Shown here one piece after another: positions 9,249 through 16,203 of a stretch of DNA of 64,000 nt. The notes beneath the pieces are model-generated. The model searched no databases, was not told where the DNA came from, and worked only from the letters and a program-made list of their open reading frames with translations. The stretch's first letter is position 1. Each line of letters begins with the position of its first letter. The DNA comes from Bacteroidales bacterium (GTDB lineage: Bacteria > Bacteroidota > Bacteroidia > Bacteroidales > WCHB1-69): NCBI GenBank assembly GCA_017649855.1, contig JAGCGA010000033.1:1016-65015 (forward strand). Reading direction: 5' to 3'. A program made the position numbers and the translations under genes.

Positions 9249-9259
9249 TGCAATTTACT

Positions 9260-11713
9260 TTAAAATTCAACACCCATTTCTTGAAGATAACCCTTCACAA
9301 TATCGCGATAGCGGTTTACGTCGGCTTCCATCTCTGGTAGCGTCACCTTATACCGTTCGTTCAATGCCGTGATAGAAGTAATGATGTTTTGATGCTCAGC
9401 GGTCATCAAGGCTTGCAAACGGCTCTGCATGTCGGGCATCCACTTGTCATCAAACACCATCGTGCGTATTTCTTCTTCCCTCAAAGCCTTGTACTTCTTC
9501 AAGACATTCGCTGTGAGTCGGGCAACTTTGTCTTTCAAGTTCTTCTTTAGTTGCTCTTGCTCCTTGAAATGCTTCAAGAAGTCCTCCCACACAGGTATAG
9601 TGTCAGCATTTTCCTTGGGATTATTCTTACCATCCTTCCACAAAAAGCCAACGGCTTTGCAAAACTTTGCATTCACCTTGTCGCTCTCAATATCCTCAAA
9701 AGCATCAGCATATTCCTCCATAATGGTTCCCATTGCCACCTGTTCTGCGTCTATCAACTGCCGAGTATTGGTCACATCGGCTTGTTCCTTGGCAAAATAA
9801 CGATTGACAAGGATTGAGGAAGGCACGAGGTCGCAGGTCAAGTCCTCATAGCTGTAGGTTTTCTTTACTTCACCCTTTTTGTTGGTGGGCAGTTCCACGG
9901 TCACCTTCCAACCATCGCGACTAATCAGATAAAGGTCATCCTGCATTGTCACATCATTCCAGTAGGTCATCAGTTCATCATAGACAGCGTATGCATCGAC
10001 CAACGAACGACTGGACTTGAAAATGCGTAATATCTCGTCGCTCCAACGAATAATAGCCTTGCGGGGTACACTGCCAACACCCAGCGTTTGCAATTCCTCG
10101 TGCATAAACTGATGCCATGTTTCAAAAGCTTTGCCGTAATTGTCAGCCTGTAGCAGATAACTCTCATCTTGTTCTATAAGCTGGGCTAAATGGCTGCCGG
10201 CTTCTTTAGTCAGTTGCAAATAGCCGTCGTTCTCGTAGGGCTCAAATATCTTGTCGCGAAGCGACGGGCACACATTCCATAGTGTTTCCAAGGAATCAAT
10301 ATCAGCCAAAGGCAAGCCTCCATGAATATGGGCATGGAGATTTTGCTCAACTTCAGTAGAGCGTGGCGTAATGTAGCGGGGAATGTTCAGATTGTATTCG
10401 TTGCGTTCTATTTCTTCCCATTCCACCAAGCGGCAAAAGTGGTCTATCTGCTTTCCGGCCTCCCACGCATCACTGATACGGCGGATGTCCTGCTCACGAA
10501 GTCTGTTCTTTGCACCGTCCTTCTTGAATCCCTCTTTTGCATCCATCATAAAAATACCTTTTGAGGTTGCAGCGTTTTTCTTGTCAATAATGATGATGCA
10601 GGCCGGAATACCAGTGCCATAAAACAGGTTTGAGGGAAGTCCAATGATGCCACGTATCACCTTTTTGTCAATCAGATGTTTCCTGATTTTGGCTTCGGCC
10701 TCGCCTTTTTCTACCGAGCCACGGAACAACACGCCATGAGGTAGGATACAGGCACCCATGCCATCTGGTTTTATCGACTCGATGATGTGCAATAGAAACG
10801 CATAGTCTCCCTTGGATGTTGGCGGCACACCAATGTCCTTTTTCCATCGGCTATAAACATCATCTTCTTTGGCCGACTTCATCCACTTCTTCAGGGAAAA
10901 CGGAGGATTGGCAACCACATAGTCAAACTGGTCAAGCTTGACACCATGAGTATGCAAAGGCGTGTTCAATGTATCACCTTGTTGCAGGTCTGCCGTCATC
11001 ATGCCATGCAGAATCATATTCATCTTGGCCATGCTTATGGTAGAAAGATCTTTCTCCTGACCATAGATGCCAACGTTTACACCCTCTTTGGGAGCCTCGT
11101 CTCTGGCGCGAAGCAACAACGAACCCGAGCCGCAGGCAGGGTCGTAGATGTTTATTTGCGGACGATGGTCTTTGCTGATGCCAATAATGCGAGCCATCAA
11201 ACGGCTTACCTCGGCAGGAGTATAGAACTGTCCTTTAGACTTTCCCGACTGTGAGGCAAAATTGCGCATCAGATATTCGTATGCATCACCTATCAAATCG
11301 TCGTCACCAGCTCGGTTGGTACCGAAGTCGAGGTTCTTGTTTTCAAAAACTTCAACGAGACCCGTGATGGTATCAACCTTGTCCTTCCCCTTGCCCAACT
11401 TGTCTTCATTGTCGAAGTCGGCATTGACGAACACATTGTCAAGTCCAAAAGCGTTAGCTATTTTCGCCAACTTCACATTGATTTGCTCACCAATATCATT
11501 CTTGTGCTTCAGTTTGCGAATCTCATCGAAAGTGCAATCATCAGGCAGATCCTCCATCATGTCCTCATCTCCAGCCTTCTTCTTATCGCTGATATATTTC
11601 AAGAACAGCATGACCAGCACATAGTCCTTGTATAGACTTGCATCCATACCACCACGGAGTGCATCACAGCCCTCCCACAGCATACTATATAATTGTGATT
11701 TCTTGATTGCCAT
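9260..11713 (-). CDS. hsdM: type I R-M N6-adenine DNA methyltransferase subunit M (long form, 817 aa)
   Basis: It has the HsdM N-terminal domain (KSQLYSMLWEGCDALRG), SAM motif I (DPACGSGSLL) and catalytic motif IV (NPPF in VVANPPFSLKKW). A helical tail of about 330 aa follows. Confidence 0.9.
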   Translation of the reverse strand: MAIKKSQLYSMLWEGCDALRGGMDASLYKDYVLVMLFLKYISDKKKAGDEDMMEDLPDDCTFDEIRKLKHKNDIGEQINVKLAKIANAFGLDNVFVNADFDNEDKLGKGKDKVDTITGLVEVFENKNLDFGTNRAGDDDLIGDAYEYLMRNFASQSGKSKGQFYTPAEVSRLMARIIGISKDHRPQINIYDPACGSGSLLLRARDEAPKEGVNVGIYGQEKDLSTISMAKMNMILHGMMTADLQQGDTLNTPLHTHGVKLDQFDYVVANPPFSLKKWMKSAKEDDVYSRWKKDIGVPPTSKGDYAFLLHIIESIKPDGMGACILPHGVLFRGSVEKGEAEAKIRKHLIDKKVIRGIIGLPSNLFYGTGIPACIIIIDKKNAATSKGIFMMDAKEGFKKDGAKNRLREQDIRRISDAWEAGKQIDHFCRLVEWEEIERNEYNLNIPRYITPRSTEVEQNLHAHIHGGLPLADIDSLETLWNVCPSLRDKIFEPYENDGYLQLTKEAGSHLAQLIEQDESYLLQADNYGKAFETWHQFMHEELQTLGVGSVPRKAIIRWSDEILRIFKSSRSLVDAYAVYDELMTYWNDVTMQDDLYLISRDGWKVTVELPTNKKGEVKKTYSYEDLTCDLVPSSILVNRYFAKEQADVTNTRQLIDAEQVAMGTIMEEYADAFEDIESDKVNAKFCKAVGFLWKDGKNNPKENADTIPVWEDFLKHFKEQEQLKKNLKDKVARLTANVLKKYKALREEEIRTMVFDDKWMPDMQSRLQALMTAEHQNIITSITALNERYKVTLPEMEADVNRYRDIVKGYLQEMGVEF

Positions 11714-11715
11714 TG

Positions 11716-13665
11716 TTAATTGTCTTTTGTGTTATGACTTTCGTCAAATTCTTTTTCCAGTCGTTCCCGTAATCCTTTACGACAAAAATAATCTTTAAAC
11801 TTTGTCTTCCTTAAGAGCAATGTTCCAAATGTTGTTGCTACTGCAGCACCAATTGCAATAATAATAGACCAAATTGTTGGAAGAGCGGCCTTATAAAATT
11901 CGTTTACGCACCACAAAGCACAGATTGCAAGAATAAGTATAACATTTATCCATGTATCTTTGGCCAATTTACTCATTTTTGAATTAACGAACTCATCTTT
12001 ATCTTTTAGGTATTTGTCTTTTTCTAATAATTTGAGGCGCTCGTTCAAACCTTGTATTTGCAAATCTTTTTCTTCTATCTTCTTATTTAGTCCCTCTATT
12101 TCTGTCTCTGCATCATGTTTCTGTTTTAGTTTGAGGTTTTCTTCTTCACTAGTATATTCTTTCAACTTCTTAGCGAACTGTTCAACTGTCACATTGTCTG
12201 CAAGTAATGATTCGTCAACCTCTTTTTGTGTCAAATGACCTTCTGCCATTCGAATGCATAAATTAAAACTATCTTTTTCGGTAATACTTCCTATTGACAA
12301 AGCATCATCAGCTCGTTTCTTTATTATTTTCAAAGTCTCTCTTGTTGGCATCTTTGACCTTCTATATTTTGTCACATAAGAAGCCAAACCTCCCTTGGTA
12401 ATATCACTGATTGAGATGTTTTGTCCCTGAGCCGGATTTGACAACCATAATAAAACCAATAATTCATTAGCACTTATCAAATACCTATCATGTATCTTCC
12501 TTCCATAACTATAATCATAAGGTGAATATGAATTATGTAGGAACCAGCACTTGGCGTCAACAAATTCTTTTATATTTTGCCCTCTTTTCTTTTCAACATA
12601 ATATTTTGCCACCACATCATTAAGTGCACTTTCTTTGTTGTTTTGTCTGCTTTGGATCAGGTCTTTATATTCTCTTGATTTACTTGCTTTTTCAACAATT
12701 TCCCTGATCTGAGCTTCCTTTATGATAGTAATACCTTTATCATAAATTGTCTTAAAGACATTATCCTTTATCCTTTCAAGAGTGGTTTTGTCTATATTTC
12801 TTCGAATACAAGCGCTAAACACATCTGCGCATTTCACAGACCCTATATAGTCTTTGTTAGCAAAATCATTGATGCGGTTGCTAAGCAATATTTGAATTTG
12901 TTCAAAAGTACTATAAAGCATAGAAAATCGATAACCTAATTGACGACACAAATCGAATACTTGATTACAAGTATGGAAAGCATCTTCCGTATTAAGGTCG
13001 ATCAAACTAATAAAGAAGTTGGTATCTAATAATAATTCAGCATCCGTAACTTTTGTGGTGATATTTTGCTTCAAATAAGACTCAATAATACTACCTAAAT
13101 AGATCTTACCCATCAATTCAAATATAGAGGAGTTGTCAAGCCGTTCAGAAACATATTTTGGCACAAAATAATCTAAATCCAGTAAGTCCGAACGTTTGTC
13201 GGAGAACAACTCCATATTTTGGGCAAGAATAAATTTCTTTAGATCCTCAAAATCAAATTGATAACCATTTTCTTGGCAATAGGTACAATAATCATCTTTT
13301 AAAAGATTAATATTCTGTCCTTCCTGCTCGAACAATTCGTCAATATCATTAAACACATAACTTTTAATAATGAAAGAACCATCATTAAATAGTTCGAATA
13401 TGTTTTTATCATTTATTTGATATTCAATATTCTCTAATATCTTGCCAAGTATCGGCAGAGGAATGGAAATTTCAAATACAGCAAATATTTTGTCAGAGAT
13501 TTCTGTTAGTGAACGTCCCTTAAAATCTATAAGTCCGTGTTCTTTAGCATATTCTGATAAAGCTTTCTTCACCAGAGGAATATATAATTCTGATATAGCA
13601 GCCTTAGAAGAAGATGTTTCTTTCAAGTATCCAAGTAGCGAATATGTTGCTAACAATTTATCCAT
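11716..13665 (-). CDS. uncharacterised 649-aa protein with an N-terminal domain, a PIN-like DTN motif, a coiled coil and two C-terminal TM helices
   Basis: LLLDTNFFISLIDL at aa 211-224 is a typical PIN strand-1 motif. A heptad-rich segment spans aa 505-560 (EENLKLKQKHDAETEIEGLNKKIEEKDLQIQGLNERLKLLEKDK). Two hydrophobic stretches follow (WINVILILAICALWCV and LPTIWSIIIAIGAAVATTFGTLLL). Its stop codon lies 2 nt before the hsdM ATG. Confidence 0.6.
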   Translation of the reverse strand: MDKLLATYSLLGYLKETSSSKAAISELYIPLVKKALSEYAKEHGLIDFKGRSLTEISDKIFAVFEISIPLPILGKILENIEYQINDKNIFELFNDGSFIIKSYVFNDIDELFEQEGQNINLLKDDYCTYCQENGYQFDFEDLKKFILAQNMELFSDKRSDLLDLDYFVPKYVSERLDNSSIFELMGKIYLGSIIESYLKQNITTKVTDAELLLDTNFFISLIDLNTEDAFHTCNQVFDLCRQLGYRFSMLYSTFEQIQILLSNRINDFANKDYIGSVKCADVFSACIRRNIDKTTLERIKDNVFKTIYDKGITIIKEAQIREIVEKASKSREYKDLIQSRQNNKESALNDVVAKYYVEKKRGQNIKEFVDAKCWFLHNSYSPYDYSYGRKIHDRYLISANELLVLLWLSNPAQGQNISISDITKGGLASYVTKYRRSKMPTRETLKIIKKRADDALSIGSITEKDSFNLCIRMAEGHLTQKEVDESLLADNVTVEQFAKKLKEYTSEEENLKLKQKHDAETEIEGLNKKIEEKDLQIQGLNERLKLLEKDKYLKDKDEFVNSKMSKLAKDTWINVILILAICALWCVNEFYKAALPTIWSIIIAIGAAVATTFGTLLLRKTKFKDYFCRKGLRERLEKEFDESHNTKDN

Positions 13666-13692
13666 AATTATACAGTAGTAATCGCAATCAAA

Positions 13693-14358
13693 TTATTTCT
13701 CCCTCTCCAATCTAATCTCCCACAAGGTTTTCCCATTATGGCTAAAATACTTTGGTCCCTGGTAGGATTCGCTCTTGTTGTGCATTCCTTCGGGCAGGTA
13801 GGTGCCGCAAAAGGCAGAAAGGCTCCAGAGGCGGCCTTCATACTCCACCTTGTTTTTGCCTGCTACTTTTACAGGAAGGTTCAAAGCATCGAATATGATA
13901 GTGTCACCCACATTCAGGCCGATCATACTGAAATCAAAAGGTTTGCGTTGCTCTTTCTTCTCTTCCTTCTCTTTGATTTTCTGACCTTCCACAATTGGAT
14001 AAATCTGATAAGGCTTATCCGAATCATATCGCATAATGACGGCGTCCTCAATCGCACAGGCTATATCCATAAAAATGTCCAGTGCCACTTGTGGGTCAAC
14101 ATTGAAAAACTCCCTGTTTTGGCGTATGCGCAAATCAGTAAGACGATCTATCGTCTTATGCACTAACTTCTCCACCTCACCATATTTGACGGTTTTCATC
14201 GTGGCATAAATGTCGAATGGAAGTGGCACGGCTGTGTTATCCAATTCTTTTGAACGGACATCCACCGGGCGTGAACTCTTGCCTATTTTCACCCAATCCT
14301 CCTTAAAACTGGGATTCGTCAGAATGTAAACGTATCCTTCTTGCGGCTCTTTGGTCAT
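13693..14358 (-). CDS. T5orf172 / GIY-YIG-superfamily domain protein with an unassigned C-terminal domain
   Basis: The N-terminus GYVYILTNPSFKEDWVKIGKSSRPVDVRSKELDNTAVPLPF...EVEKLVHKTI...REFFNV fits the T5orf172 pattern. It is the first gene of the array. Confidence 0.7.
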   Translation of the reverse strand: MTKEPQEGYVYILTNPSFKEDWVKIGKSSRPVDVRSKELDNTAVPLPFDIYATMKTVKYGEVEKLVHKTIDRLTDLRIRQNREFFNVDPQVALDIFMDIACAIEDAVIMRYDSDKPYQIYPIVEGQKIKEKEEKKEQRKPFDFSMIGLNVGDTIIFDALNLPVKVAGKNKVEYEGRLWSLSAFCGTYLPEGMHNKSESYQGPKYFSHNGKTLWEIRLEREK

Positions 14359-14386
14359 ACAAAATGTTTTTCTACAATTACAGCCG

Positions 14387-14394
14387 CAAAAATA
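14387..14394 (-). promoter_or_regulatory. -7 promoter box TATTTTTG for the defence array
   Basis: The minus strand reads TATTTTTG, about 29 nt upstream of the ATG at 14358. It is the only clear TAnnTTTG box I see upstream of the co-directional array. Confidence 0.45.
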
Positions 14395-14399
14395 ACAAA

Positions 14400-14745
14400 T
14401 AATTGCAAAAAATCCGCATTTTCACACACCGGATTTCTTCGCCCTGCCCTCCCCTCCCGCGGCGCCTCTCGCCGTCATCAGGGCACGCGCGGGGCGCACC
14501 GCGGGCGTGGCCGGAACGCCATCCATCACACCCGTTCCGTAATCCACGACTACAGATATGGAACCCCTACGGGGTTGTCATATGGAGGCGGGGCCATGCA
14601 TTCCTACCGGACGTTGACCCCTGCGGGGTCTGGGGAATGACATCAAGGTATCTTGATGCATTCTATTACTACCCCGGCCTGCGGCCACCCCTTCTACCAT
14701 AGAAGGGGAATTTAGGGACACCGCATTCCATTGAACGTAAACCTG
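14400..14745. repeat. GC-rich multi-hairpin element B (REP-like)
   Basis: It is a chain of short hairpins: aatccg..cggatt, aacccctacggggtt, gacccctgcggggtc, catcaaggtatcttgatg and ccccttctaccatagaagggg. It shares the tcctacc..ttgacccctgcggggtc.gggg block with element A, in inverted orientation. Confidence 0.5.
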
Positions 14746-14771
14746 TTAAGTAATTGGAAAATAGTATTACG

Positions 14772-15947
14772 CTATGGCAGTTTGGACAATTCCCGATACA
14801 AAGCCAACCCTTTCGCCGTCAACAAGTATTTTTGGCGGGGATGTCGGGGAGATTGGGGGTACAACATGCGGACATAACCATCCGAAATGGCAGGGTTAAG
14901 ATGGTATTCCAAGAAATTGGGTCGATGTTTCAATCCTAACACACTCATAAGTTGAGATATAGAAAACTCATCACGTCCGATTATCCTTATCAGTTCAATA
15001 ATAAAAGGATTGTCTGTATGGAACAAATCCCGTACTTGTTCGGGTACTTGTTCGGGTACTTGTTCGGGTATTTGTCCTGTACTTGCAGGGGCCGCCAGAT
15101 TGGGCTGCAGGCTCCACTCCTTTGCGGGGTGGATATGCAGATATCGGTTTCTCAAATCCCATTGCTCTCCCAACAACATATTGCGGAAGAATCGCTCCAA
15201 ATAAACGGGAGAGTAGTCAATGCCTTTCACTGCACTCTTGTAGTTGGCGCGCACCAGCGCATTGCGAAAATACCAGGAATGATCGGCAAACATGTTGTTG
15301 TCTACCTTGAAACCGATGTGCCGAAGATAAAGAATGGTAAAGACCGCCGTGGTGCGGGTGTTGCCCTCACCAAATGGATGAATCTGCCATAATCCTGAAA
15401 CAAAGCGGGTGAGATGCGTTATGAATTCGTCAGACGAAACCCCTTGATAACTGTACTGACGTTCCTGTTCTATATCGTACTCCACGGCCCTTTGAAGGTC
15501 TTCCCAGTTGAGATAATTCACAGATTCGTATTCCAACACCCACTCCTTCTTGGAAATATCATAGTCGCGAACCTTACCGGCGTGTTTGAATACGCCTTCG
15601 AAAATCCTCCGATGCAAAGCGACAAATCCTTTGGAGCTAAAGTCAAAAGACTCAGAGGAGAGTATCTTGGTGATGTTGGCCGAAACTTTATCTGCCTCTT
15701 GCTTTTCGTCGTCATCGGGTTCACGCTTTGTCTTAGACAGATAATATGTTTTTATCAAATCACGCACCTCATCAATGTTGATTTCACCCTCAATGTGCTT
15801 GCGGGCAGTTTCTTTCAGATAGTCCGAAGTCGTAAGCCCGTCCACAGCCTGCAGTCCAATAGCAGTCTGCCAAATGGAGGCCTTTTCCTTTTTGCCTGGT
15901 TCCACCTGTCGGATGTATTCGTCAAAATCTGGGTATTGAGAGTTCAT
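14772..15947 (-). CDS. Fic/DOC family protein (AMPylase-type) with a C-terminal winged-helix-like domain
   Basis: It carries the Fic motif HPFGEGNTRTTAVF (HxFx[DE]GNxRxxR). The ATG at 15947 (MNSQYPDF) is more likely than the TTG at 15956 used in the track. Confidence 0.85.
   Translation of the reverse strand: MNSQYPDFDEYIRQVEPGKKEKASIWQTAIGLQAVDGLTTSDYLKETARKHIEGEINIDEVRDLIKTYYLSKTKREPDDDEKQEADKVSANITKILSSESFDFSSKGFVALHRRIFEGVFKHAGKVRDYDISKKEWVLEYESVNYLNWEDLQRAVEYDIEQERQYSYQGVSSDEFITHLTRFVSGLWQIHPFGEGNTRTTAVFTILYLRHIGFKVDNNMFADHSWYFRNALVRANYKSAVKGIDYSPVYLERFFRNMLLGEQWDLRNRYLHIHPAKEWSLQPNLAAPASTGQIPEQVPEQVPEQVRDLFHTDNPFIIELIRIIGRDEFSISQLMSVLGLKHRPNFLEYHLNPAISDGYVRMLYPQSPRHPRQKYLLTAKGLALYRELSKLP
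15032..15079. repeat. 12-bp tandem repeat (3 perfect copies and 1 degenerate copy) inside the Fic gene
   Basis: gtacttgttcgg occurs three times, followed by gtatttgtcctg. It encodes PEQVPEQVPEQV in the linker before the C-terminal domain. Confidence 0.9.
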
Positions 15948-15980
15948 ATTATCCAATTCATCAGTTTGATATTACATCTG

Positions 15981-15988
15981 CAAAGATA
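15981..15988 (-). promoter_or_regulatory. -7 promoter box TATCTTTG for the Fic gene
   Basis: The minus strand reads TATCTTTG, about 33 nt upstream of the ATG at 15947. Confidence 0.45.
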
Positions 15989-16100
15989 ACATTTTTTTCG
16001 GGAAAACAAGCATCCTAAACACCCTATTTTAACATACGCCTCCCAACTATATACTCATGCGCCGAGTGGCGGACATGATGCTTATCATGAAAAATTTCAT

Positions 16101-16108
16101 TATGTTTG
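16101..16108 (+). promoter_or_regulatory. -7 promoter box TATGTTTG
   Basis: A TAnnTTTG match lies upstream of the protease ATG at 16204. This argues against the start at 16057 in the track. Confidence 0.4.
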
Positions 16109-16203
16109 CCGCGCCGTTCGTCTCCTGTCTTATCCATACGACCTCGCAGGGAGGGATGGCACCCAAAACGTTTATCTACAGAGGTCCACATCTTACCATC
16201 ACA

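Noticed and set aside
15032-15079. The 12-bp tandem repeat in the Fic gene as an ON/OFF phase-variation switch.
   Set aside because: The unit length is a multiple of three. Copy-number change would keep the frame and could alter only the linker length.
14400-16000. A tRNA gene, att site or integrase marking the island border.
   Set aside because: No cloverleaf-compatible sequence and no T-loop consensus (GGTTCGAATCC-like) is seen. No integrase or transposase ORF occurs anywhere in the window.
16057-16203. The extended N-terminus of the M6-like protease (start at 16057 in the track).
   Set aside because: A TAnnTTTG box at 16101-16108 lies inside it. The internal Met at 16204 gives a canonical signal peptide, and the upstream residues look non-coding.
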